The notes below the pieces were generated by a model, which was given only the letters and a program-made list of their open reading frames with translations, had not been told where the DNA came from and did not search any database. Source: an uncultured Nitrososphaerota archaeon (GTDB lineage: Archaea; Asgardarchaeota; Njordarchaeia; Njordarchaeales; Njordarchaeaceae). Taken from it: a stretch of DNA of 46,034 nucleotides. The stretch is from assembly GCA_964518475.1 (NCBI GenBank), contig CAZFGR010000014.1, forward strand, positions 1-46,034, read 5' to 3'. Of this stretch, positions 28,866 to 37,297 are shown piece by piece; within the stretch, counting starts at the first letter, position 1; every line of letters begins with the position of its first letter. The translations under genes were made by a program, and so were the position numbers.

Positions 28866-30281
28866 ATGATAATAACGCAACTTTCCATTGACTACCTCTT
28901 ATATCTATTTATAGGGACAATAACCTTAACTCTTGTTCTAGATTTTCTCAAGGAGAAAGCTAGACCCCTGAACTTTGTTTTATCAATACTGGCTACTGTG
29001 GGTGGTATAGCCTTCCTAATGATTGGTGTCGATGGTAACTTATTAGTCCTTGATACCTACGCCAAAGTTTTTGCAGGAATCTTCCTGTTCTCGGTACTAA
29101 TTATCTTACCAGCACTGTATAGTGAGCTATGGGACGTGACGAGAAGTGGGGTGTTCACTGGTCTAATACTAGCATCGGTTCTAGGAACGATAATAGCAGT
29201 CACTTCAAGGAATCTAATCTTAATAGTAGTTGGATGGGAACTGGCAAGCATATCATCTTATGCTCTTGTAGGAATCCGTAGAAGAGATAAAATATCCACG
29301 GAAGCCGCTATGAAGTACTTCTTAGTAGGAGCTGTAGGTTCTGGTCTAATATTCTTTGGTCTCTCATTAATATTCGGTGCAACAGCCTCGTTAGATCTAT
29401 TAAAAATAGCGGAAGTAATAACAAGTGGAACCTACGATCAAGTCCTAGCTAGAGTAGGTATCCTAATATTCTCAGCGGGTATCGGCTTTAAACTAGCAAT
29501 AGTCCCCTTCCATGTATGGATACCAGACGTTTACGAAGGAGCCCCCAATTCTGTTACATCGTATCTCGCAGCTGTTTCCAAAGGAATGGCCTTTGCAGTA
29601 GCTATTAGAGTATTCTACCAAGCGTTTCTCCCAATTAAAGAATTCTGGGCCCCAATCTTCGCTATCTTAGCAATAATCACGATGACCTATGGAAACCTCG
29701 CAGCGCTTGTCCAAGAAAAAATGAAAAGAATGTTGGCTTGGAGCAGCATTGCTCACGCTGGATACATGCTTATAGCTCTAGGAGCTCCAGGTACTTCACC
29801 AGTCGTGATAATAGGGGCAATATTTCATGTACTAACACATGCTTTCATGAAGATTACGAGCTTTGTAGCAGCGAGAGGAGTCACTGACATAACTGGTACA
29901 GATCTCATCGATGATTATATGGGGTTAAGAAGGATAGCTCCTGGGACAAGCGCATCATTGACTATTATGATGCTTTCCTTAGCAGGTATACCTCCGTTAG
30001 CTGGATTCTGGAGCAAGTATTACATATTTCTAGGTGCAGTCGAGAATGGATATCCGCTCCTAGCACTCATAGGAGTAATAAACAGCGTAATATCCCTATT
30101 CTATTATGCCAGAGTGATAAAGAATATCTATGTTGAGGAATCTCCAAAAGAAGGAGTGACTAGAGGTATAAAGATCGGATACGCGGCACCAATAGCGATT
30201 CTAACAATTCTTGTACTAGTATTGGGTATTTACCCAACTCCATTATTCGAAATTCTTGAAAAAAGTGTAGCGATTTTCTAA
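28866..30281 (+). CDS. nuoN: Complex I-like antiporter subunit N
   Basis: EAAMKYF, FKLAIVPFHVWIPDVYEGAP, KRMLAWSSIAHAGY and SLAGIPPLAGFWSK. Confidence 0.95.
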   Translation: MIITQLSIDYLLYLFIGTITLTLVLDFLKEKARPLNFVLSILATVGGIAFLMIGVDGNLLVLDTYAKVFAGIFLFSVLIILPALYSELWDVTRSGVFTGLILASVLGTIIAVTSRNLILIVVGWELASISSYALVGIRRRDKISTEAAMKYFLVGAVGSGLIFFGLSLIFGATASLDLLKIAEVITSGTYDQVLARVGILIFSAGIGFKLAIVPFHVWIPDVYEGAPNSVTSYLAAVSKGMAFAVAIRVFYQAFLPIKEFWAPIFAILAIITMTYGNLAALVQEKMKRMLAWSSIAHAGYMLIALGAPGTSPVVIIGAIFHVLTHAFMKITSFVAARGVTDITGTDLIDDYMGLRRIAPGTSASLTIMMLSLAGIPPLAGFWSKYYIFLGAVENGYPLLALIGVINSVISLFYYARVIKNIYVEESPKEGVTRGIKIGYAAPIAILTILVLVLGIYPTPLFEILEKSVAIF

Positions 30282-30305
30282 TTTCTTTTTTGTTTTTTAT
30301 TTTCT
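30282..30305 (+). terminator. Oligo-T archaeal terminator after the nuo-like operon
   Basis: TTTCTTTTTTGTTTTTTATTTTCT immediately follows the nuoN stop codon. Confidence 0.6.
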
Positions 30306-30450
30306 CGAGAACTGACATACGTCAATGAATATGGGAATCCATAATGGGAAAAAGAAAATCTATGTTTCATTGAAAACGATGAATGTGCTCTGCTTAAAGA
30401 ATGGGCTTAAGGAATGAATAATTTCGAAAAAGTAGTGCGGAGTACCTAAT

Positions 30451-30975
30451 ATGAGGCCAGTAATCATTGCCATTCTTGGTCATAAAAACTCTGGAAAAAC
30501 TACCCTCATAGAGTATTTAACTCGGGAACTCGTTAATAAAGGATTAAAAGTAGTTACAATGAAGCATATTCACCATGATTTCTTTGAAGTAGATAAGGAA
30601 GGAAAAGATACATGGCGTCACAAGAGGGCAGGAGCTACGATTGTGAGTGGAGTCTCGAAAAAGAGACTTGTAATTATTAGTGATGAAGTCTCGGAATTAA
30701 ACGATGCTTTCGAGGAAGTAATGAACTATCTAAAAGCAAAGAATCCAGACGTTATATTGCTTGAGGGTTTCTTACCAATAGTAGGCTCGCGTAAAGATAT
30801 TATGAAAGTAGTGATTGCTAGGAGTGTTGACGAAGCTAAATTCTTTCTCCAGAATATAAGGGAAGGTCTTCTCGGAATCATAAAGAGAGAATCCTTTACT
30901 ACAAACGATTTAAATATACCAATTCTTACGGAGCAAAAATTGCTTGAAACTATACTGAAAATTTGGGAGGCTTAA
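30451..30975 (+). CDS. mobB: Molybdopterin-guanine dinucleotide biosynthesis protein B
   Basis: GHKNSGKTT, MKHIHH, GKDTWRHKRAGA and DVILLEGF. Confidence 0.9.
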   Translation: MRPVIIAILGHKNSGKTTLIEYLTRELVNKGLKVVTMKHIHHDFFEVDKEGKDTWRHKRAGATIVSGVSKKRLVIISDEVSELNDAFEEVMNYLKAKNPDVILLEGFLPIVGSRKDIMKVVIARSVDEAKFFLQNIREGLLGIIKRESFTTNDLNIPILTEQKLLETILKIWEA

Positions 30976-30977
30976 TT

Positions 30978-32618
30978 ATGCATGACATAGTTTTTCTTCA
31001 CCCCCCAGCGTTTCCAAACTTCAGAAACAAGAGCATAGACTTTGGACCAATTAGCGATGTAATTCCTTCCTACCCAATTTTCGACACGTATCCCCTTGGA
31101 CTTACGTCCCTTCTCGTATATCTGGAGAAGCATGGATTCAAAGCTAGAATCGTCAATATAGCTGCTAGAATGATTCTTTCAAAACGTTTCAATCTTATCA
31201 AGGTTCTAAAGAATATTAAGGCTAAAGTCTATGCTATTGATCTACACTGGTTAGTTCATCTAAATGGAACTCTCTCATTAGCAAGTCTTATAAAGAAGAT
31301 TCATGACGCTCCAATCTTACTAGGTGGACTTTCAGCAACCTACTTCTGGAAGAAACTGATAAAGTTACCATTTATAGACTTTATAATCCGGGGAGACACA
31401 ACTGAAGAGCCCCTAAGAATTTTTCTAGATCTTCTCGATAAAGGATGTAACGATCTAAGCAAAGTACCGAACCTAGTCTGGAAAAGAGACGAGAAAATAA
31501 TGGTTAACGATTTTAACTACGTACCAGACACATTCGATGCCATAGATTACACTATTTTTGTCAGATGCGCAGCAAGAGACGGCTGGCTAGACTACCTACC
31601 CTTCGCCAACTTTATTACAGCCCCCATCACGGGCATTTTCACAGTAAAGGGATGCACAATGAATTGTGCAGCATGTGGTGGATCCCAATTCTCTTACAAG
31701 AAATATTTTAGAAGAAACAAACTAGCCATTAAACAGCCAGAAAAGATCATAGAGGAAGCTTTGTCTTTGGAAGAAAAAATTAAAGCCCCTATATTCTTCG
31801 TAGGAGATCTCCAACAAACGAGAAAAACAAAGACGATTCTAAGAGCTTTAAGAAGAGAGAAAATAGATTCTCCTTTGATATTCGAATTTTTCCGACCACC
31901 AAATAAGGAGCTATTAGAGGAGTACCGAAAAGCAGGGGATCAAGTTTATCTACAGATCTCTCCAGAGTCGCATGATGATAGAATAAGGCTAACCTATGGG
32001 AGACCATTTACAACGAATCAATTATTAAAATTTGTCAAAAATGTTGTGAGGCTAGATTTTGATAGACTGGATATCTATTTCATGATAGGGCTCCCCTTAC
32101 AGGATATATCATCTGCCCTAGATACAGCAAAATTTGCTAGCAAGCTTCTTTATCCGGGAAAAATAGAGAGTTTTATAGCTCCATTAGCACCATTTATAGA
32201 TCCTGGAAGCTTAGCTTATGAGTATCCAGAGAGATTTGGCTACAAAATACTCTTTAGAAGATTATCTGAGTACTCCCAAGCGCTAAATAGAGAAGTCTGG
32301 TTCCAAATGTTAAATTATGAAAGCGATAAGATGGGACGAAAGGAAATAGCTCTAGCAACATATAAAGCAACCAAACTCCTTATACAAGAAAAGGTAAGAA
32401 AAAACATTATCCCAGAAGAACAGGCGAGAATCCTTATCAAAAAAATAAAACTAAGAGAGAAAATTATTTCAGAAAACACTACTCTGGAAAATGGTAAGAT
32501 AGGATTAGAAAGAATAACATGCGATCTCAAAGAATTATACCCATCAAAGAACTTCTTGTTATCACTGAAGCCAAGACTAATTTGCGACGCAATAATAGGC
32601 TATTTGTGCAGACTATAA
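30978..32618 (+). CDS. B12-binding-domain radical SAM protein (TIGR04190-like)
   Basis: DIVFLHPP, YPLG, IDLHWLVH, GGLSAT, RGDTTEEP, radical SAM CxxxCxxC (GCTMNCAACGGS), ISPESHD and PFIDPGS. Likely start ATG 30978. Confidence 0.88.
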   Translation: MHDIVFLHPPAFPNFRNKSIDFGPISDVIPSYPIFDTYPLGLTSLLVYLEKHGFKARIVNIAARMILSKRFNLIKVLKNIKAKVYAIDLHWLVHLNGTLSLASLIKKIHDAPILLGGLSATYFWKKLIKLPFIDFIIRGDTTEEPLRIFLDLLDKGCNDLSKVPNLVWKRDEKIMVNDFNYVPDTFDAIDYTIFVRCAARDGWLDYLPFANFITAPITGIFTVKGCTMNCAACGGSQFSYKKYFRRNKLAIKQPEKIIEEALSLEEKIKAPIFFVGDLQQTRKTKTILRALRREKIDSPLIFEFFRPPNKELLEEYRKAGDQVYLQISPESHDDRIRLTYGRPFTTNQLLKFVKNVVRLDFDRLDIYFMIGLPLQDISSALDTAKFASKLLYPGKIESFIAPLAPFIDPGSLAYEYPERFGYKILFRRLSEYSQALNREVWFQMLNYESDKMGRKEIALATYKATKLLIQEKVRKNIIPEEQARILIKKIKLREKIISENTTLENGKIGLERITCDLKELYPSKNFLLSLKPRLICDAIIGYLCRL

Positions 32619-32763
32619 AACCTCAGACACGTTGAAAAATGCTAAAGAGTTTAAGAGACTACCTAACCTGACTATATTCCTACTAGTCTCAATTGAGGAG
32701 AGATATTTTTATTTCCCGTTAATAATTCTTCTCACCATGTTAATGAAAAATATTTCCTAGGAG

Positions 32764-33228
32764 ATGTTTTTCATGGATTTTTTCTGGTTAATCCCGAATA
32801 AACTGGCTGGGGCGAGCGTTCCTAAGGACATTAACGATATAATGATTTGGAAGAGGAACAAGATAAGAGCCGTTGTATCACTAATTGAAGACCATGAATT
32901 CCACATAGACATTGATGAATTCCGAAAAAACGGTTTCGAAGTACTGTGGGTTCCTGTCAGAGACATGACGGCTCCAGCGCTCACAGATCTACTAAGAATT
33001 GTGAAATGGATTGATGAGAAAATTAATGAGGGAAAGCCCGTTGTTGTCCACTGCTATGGAGGATACGGTAGGACAGGGACTGTTCTAGCAGCGTATCTTG
33101 TATACAAAGGATGGGAGCCCTTTAAAGCAATAGAGCACGTGAGAGCAGTAAGACCTGGAGCAATAGTTACACCATATCAAGTCTACTCAATACTAGCCTT
33201 TAAGGATTATCTCAAAAAGACTCAGTGA
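32764..33228 (+). CDS. Dual-specificity/protein-tyrosine phosphatase family protein
   Basis: CX5R loop VHCYGGYGRTG, general-acid loop PVRDMTAP, and VRAVRPGA..Q. Confidence 0.92.
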   Translation: MFFMDFFWLIPNKLAGASVPKDINDIMIWKRNKIRAVVSLIEDHEFHIDIDEFRKNGFEVLWVPVRDMTAPALTDLLRIVKWIDEKINEGKPVVVHCYGGYGRTGTVLAAYLVYKGWEPFKAIEHVRAVRPGAIVTPYQVYSILAFKDYLKKTQ

Positions 33229-33722
33229 TAAAAAGGGGTTATTGATCGTCCAATAATTCGCGCTACAATAGGTTTTTCTTCGAAGGGGGAGTTTTTCGAC
33301 GAGAACTTATGAATATTATTCGTTAATAAGAATTTAATAAAACCAAAATTCTCGTGAACTGATCTAAACATAATATGGGATAGTCTCGATAACGTAGATC
33401 AGGGAGTCCTCATCTTTATAACGAAGAAGCTCTCGACAGAATTCGCTAGAAAACTTTCTTGACTCCCTCAGTGAGACATCCATTGTTTATTCCGTAGTGA
33501 TTGTCAGTACTAATAAATACAGCGTTAGAGTAAATGCCTTAAGAACAATTGTTAGAACATGCTTGCCAGCCGAGGTCAAACATACACAATATAGAGGACT
33601 TGGAGAAACCGCTAAAGATCCTCGTAACCAGTTTCGAAGATATGATTTGGAGAACCTGTTAAGAGTTCTGAGAGTTCCCTATTAACTCCTAGGACTTTGT
33701 CATAGATGATACGTAAAAGCAT
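33222..33722 (-). pseudogene. Probable fragmented gene downstream of the atypical GTPase
   Basis: Its ATG overlaps the GTPase stop (TAATG at 33724-33720). Short protein-like minus-strand frames at 33722-33612, 33483-33364 and 33371-33222 tile most of the 500-bp gap. Confidence 0.35.
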
Positions 33723-34519
33723 TAGGTCTCGCCTGATGATTTAAGTATGCTTTGAAGTAGTCTTCTTCCCTCGCTGGTTAATCTCTCGTTTACGGGTTCT
33801 ATGAGCAGTCTTAAAGCATTTATTCTATATGGTTTAAGTTTTGGATCCAAGTAATCAACCTTTTTAGCATAAGTGAGATTATTACTCTCGATTGAGGCGT
33901 TTTTAAGAGGATTAAATCCTAGTTCCTCATCAGCTAATGAGCCAATATCATTGAGTAATCTTTTTGTAATTCTGATGATCTCTTGGATACTATAACCAGC
34001 GCTTAATGGATAATCAACCTTATTAAAAAATATGACCTTTTTAGAAACTTTTAGCGCCTGGATGTACTCTACTCCACTCTCATTAATTTTATTAAAGAGA
34101 TCTCTGTAGAAATGCTTGTTTATCTTTATGATACCGGAGACGAGATCTTGTTCACCAAGCTCGAAAGATGTTCCAATGTCAATCACGAACCCTATTACGC
34201 TTGGTTGCATCCCTAAAGCATATTGAAAATCTTTGAGGGAAAAGTCTTCCTTTGGATCCCCAGAGGGCGCTATCCAGCTCACACTTCCAACATATCTAGA
34301 TAAGGTTAAATAGTCTAGGTGAAATGTTTCTGTAGGCTCCGCGTATTTGCAAGCATCTACCGCTGATCGAAATTCCCCATTGGGAAAGTTTGCCCTTAGT
34401 ATATTTCTCCATCTGGAAACTTTTTCGAGTTTCGCTAGGATACACGCTAATTGAATCAATAATGATGTTTTTCCAGAATATGTTGGACCGAGTAAGACAT
34501 AGGGATTGCTCCACAGCAT
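33722..34519 (-). CDS. Divergent P-loop GTPase-like protein (TRAFAC/Ras-like, degenerate G3)
   Basis: Walker A GPTYSGKTS, G2-like YAEPT, G3 position WIAPSG (no Asp), strand VIGFVID, G4 FFNKVD and G5-like TYAK. Confidence 0.7.
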   Translation of the reverse strand: MLWSNPYVLLGPTYSGKTSLLIQLACILAKLEKVSRWRNILRANFPNGEFRSAVDACKYAEPTETFHLDYLTLSRYVGSVSWIAPSGDPKEDFSLKDFQYALGMQPSVIGFVIDIGTSFELGEQDLVSGIIKINKHFYRDLFNKINESGVEYIQALKVSKKVIFFNKVDYPLSAGYSIQEIIRITKRLLNDIGSLADEELGFNPLKNASIESNNLTYAKKVDYLDPKLKPYRINALRLLIEPVNERLTSEGRRLLQSILKSSGET

Positions 34520-34683
34520 AAGTAGTTACCTCATAATTGTTTCTAATAACCTCATAAGCTTTTTTTCTAGTCAAGAGTTCTATTTCATAACTTAGGATTC
34601 CTATCACAGATACTAATAAATCGGGATTTAAGTTTACTAGATTTTACACATCTACTTAACTAATCACTACTTTTTCAGCAATT

Positions 34684-35487
34684 TTACGTCTTCCTAGCAA
34701 CAATTATTTTAAAACCTGCTTGAGGGACTAAACCGTTAACTGGTTCTTCATAGGTGGGGGTTTGAAGAGGCGATCTGAAGAGTGTGCTAACGAGTTTATG
34801 AATGCGGAAATCTAGATCTTTGAGTATTTCCTCTATTTCTTCAACTGAGTAAAATTTTGCAACTTTATAGAATGGATGCTTCCTCTCCTTCTTTCTCAAG
34901 TAGAACCGGCCCCATGGGCTATTTCTATCTATGAAGCCAATGATTAAGTAACCTCCCCTCTTAAGGATTCTTCTTATCTCTAATAAAGCCTTCAAAGGCT
35001 CTCTTAGGAAACAAATCGTCACTATTAGAAATGCCGCATCAAACAATGTGGATTTGAAAGGTAAATTCTCCGCTACTCCTTGCACTACTTTTATTCCTCT
35101 CTGTCTGGCTAATAATAAAGGTTTCCAAGCAGGGTCAATGCCATATTCTATATTTAGTGCCTTTGCAAACATCCCAGTACCGACTCCAATTTCTACGCTT
35201 TTCCTGACGTTTATACCCTCTAACGCGTATTTTATCGCTTTTACCTCGTTTCTAAACAGTACGGCTCCTTTCTCCGAGAAAAACCATTTATCGTACCGTT
35301 CAACAAGTTCATTGAAAATTCGGACCTCTTCAGCACTCTCTAATTCTCTACTCGGAAGCATCACGGGGATATCGTTCACTATTTTGTATTCTTGGTTACA
35401 GTTAAGACATATTAGGGATTTGTTGTCGCGGAGGGTTAAATCGCCATGACATCTTATACAGCGTAATAGCTTTGTCATCCAGCTCAA
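34684..35487 (-). CDS. Class I SAM-dependent methyltransferase with N-terminal Trm112-like Zn ribbon
   Basis: LRCIRC...LICLNC..YKIVNDIPVML, then YDKWF, VEIGVGTG, GIDP, AENLPF...FD and RILKRGG. Confidence 0.88.
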   Translation of the reverse strand: MSWMTKLLRCIRCHGDLTLRDNKSLICLNCNQEYKIVNDIPVMLPSRELESAEEVRIFNELVERYDKWFFSEKGAVLFRNEVKAIKYALEGINVRKSVEIGVGTGMFAKALNIEYGIDPAWKPLLLARQRGIKVVQGVAENLPFKSTLFDAAFLIVTICFLREPLKALLEIRRILKRGGYLIIGFIDRNSPWGRFYLRKKERKHPFYKVAKFYSVEEIEEILKDLDFRIHKLVSTLFRSPLQTPTYEEPVNGLVPQAGFKIIVARKT

Positions 35488-36485
35488 GAATGGAATTCCT
35501 CCCTAACAGCTTTTTTCAACTCTTCAAGGAAGTTAATAATTGCTCTTATTTTGATATCGAACAAGTATTTAAACTCATCCTCATCCATTATCCTGGCACC
35601 GAGAACGTCATAGAGCCATTCCATGAAAAGTTTTTTGAAGCTATCTATTAACTCAGAACCGTTTACAATATGCAGTCTTGTTCTTTTAAGAGCCATTATT
35701 ATCCTATCAGATAATTGCTCCATTTTACCAAGGGCAATAAATATTGCTTTAATATCGTAATCAGGCAAGGCTTCTTTAAGTGCTAAAAGTTTCGTTATAA
35801 CGCTGTAGATATCTATCTTAAAGTTTTGCGCAGCTCTTCTTCCTATCCTAACTTTTGTCTCTAATATATAAACTAGATCATCCCGAACAATTATGCCATC
35901 GATCTCACCGAAATTTACGCCAAGGATCTCCTCGTACTTCTGTGAATCAAAGTCTGCGTAATCAACTTTTCCAAGTTCTCGGGCAATAATGCTCGTTAGC
36001 ATGGCATTTATTAGAAAGTCGGATCTCCCTTCCAGGGTCACTAACGGATACTTAGATAACTCATTGAGGAGATCAATATTAGGTTTACTAACTATTACGG
36101 AAGGGATAACTCCGTAAACAGAGCTAGCAAGATAAGCGTTAGGAAAACTATCAGATAAGTACGAATCTAATTCTTCGCGACTAATATTGTGTCGGCCCGC
36201 TCTCCAGCGCATTAAAGAGTATGAGAGCTCATCTGATGGATCTTTCACAGTCCACGTATTTGTAAGCCCTATCAACCAACCATCTGCGATTTTTATTGGA
36301 AACATATCAGCATTTAGAAAGGATTCCCAAAAAAGTACGAGTTTTTCTCCAGTCAGCATTCTTCCTAGGATCGTCCCATCTATAATAGGTGCGATAAGCT
36401 TTTCTGAGTCAGGCTCTGTCTCTAAGGCCTTCATGATAATATTCATCAAATCAGATCTAATATCCTCGAACATTTCCTTCATCAC
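35484..36485 (-). CDS. Hypothetical protein with C-terminal PD-(D/E)xK nuclease-like domain
   Basis: GEIDGIIVRDDLVYILETK matches the EID...ExK core. Its stop overlaps the methyltransferase start. Confidence 0.65.
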   Translation of the reverse strand: MMKEMFEDIRSDLMNIIMKALETEPDSEKLIAPIIDGTILGRMLTGEKLVLFWESFLNADMFPIKIADGWLIGLTNTWTVKDPSDELSYSLMRWRAGRHNISREELDSYLSDSFPNAYLASSVYGVIPSVIVSKPNIDLLNELSKYPLVTLEGRSDFLINAMLTSIIARELGKVDYADFDSQKYEEILGVNFGEIDGIIVRDDLVYILETKVRIGRRAAQNFKIDIYSVITKLLALKEALPDYDIKAIFIALGKMEQLSDRIIMALKRTRLHIVNGSELIDSFKKLFMEWLYDVLGARIMDEDEFKYLFDIKIRAIINFLEELKKAVREEFHS

Positions 36486-36582
36486 AACAAAAGTCCTCTA
36501 GAATCCCTTTCCTCCTAATATAATTGGTTTTAAAAGGAGTAAGAAAGACGTTCTTGGGATAAAACTTTTCTTCTTTAGTTCC

Positions 36583-37101
36583 TTACCCAGTATTGTCCAA
36601 CTTCTTCATTCTGCTCATCTGAACCATTTTTGACCATTTCTCTGCTAGAAGATCTCGTAATGGCTTATAAACCTTTTCATAGAATTGTCTCTGTGAAAGA
36701 AGTATGGACACGTCGAATTCCTTCACAATCTTAATAGCCTCTTCCCATATTTTATCAAAAATTGGTTCAAAACGCTCCTCTATCTGCTTTCTGAAATCCT
36801 CCTCCGTCTGGGCTTGACCTCCAATTGTGAAATATATTTTTCCATTCTTTTTCGTTATGTACGCTCCCTCATCACCAAGAAACCACATATTTTTTAAACG
36901 CTCGATAGGTTTCTTTTTCAATTCCTCGGGAGCAGCTACATATCTAGTAGGGATTCTTTTCCTCTTGAAACCTTTCTTAGCTGCCGCGTAGAATATAGCA
37001 CGGTTCAGCCCCCAGCTCTTAGCCAGGTATAGGGGCATGCCCAAAACATAAGCTCGTGCAGCTTGAAGAACAGCCATTACTTGAAAACGACCAATCGACA
37101 T
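36583..37101 (-). CDS. Hypothetical basic protein (resembles an uncharacterised thermophile family)
   Basis: 172-aa ORF with motif-like GRFQVMAVLQAARA, AKSWGLNRAIFYAAAK and FYEKVYKPLRD. Function not recognised. Confidence 0.75.
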   Translation of the reverse strand: MSIGRFQVMAVLQAARAYVLGMPLYLAKSWGLNRAIFYAAAKKGFKRKRIPTRYVAAPEELKKKPIERLKNMWFLGDEGAYITKKNGKIYFTIGGQAQTEEDFRKQIEERFEPIFDKIWEEAIKIVKEFDVSILLSQRQFYEKVYKPLRDLLAEKWSKMVQMSRMKKLDNTG

Positions 37102-37297
37102 TAGAGAGCCAGCCTCGATGTAATCTCTTATTCATTGACCTAAAATAATTGAAGATTATAAAGTGTAGATATATCCTAAGCATATCATTCTCGTAAACTG
37201 GTTCAATTAGATTGTGAAATTTTTACGGGTTAATAAGGTCATTTTTTATAGAAACAAAAAAATCATGTTTTCTGAAGTATTCTGAGGTGTTTCTAAA

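Noticed and set aside
20004-30281. Group 4 membrane-bound [NiFe] hydrogenase or MBS/Mbx, suggested by the adjacent hyp genes
   Set aside because: The D subunit has none of the L1/L2 cysteines (DRFDY; DPSMGEVDR), B has CC rather than CxxC, and there are no MrpE/F/G-like subunits.
33497-33685. 62-aa plus-strand ORF
   Set aside because: It has no SD or recognisable motif, and the minus-strand coupled fragments explain the region at least as well.
34296-34607. 103-aa minus-strand ORF overlapping the atypical GTPase
   Set aside because: It overlaps a better-supported gene by more than 200 bp out of frame and has no motifs.
34684-36485. Type II restriction-modification pair
   Set aside because: The methyltransferase lacks DNA-MTase catalytic motifs and looks like a small-molecule/RNA class I enzyme.
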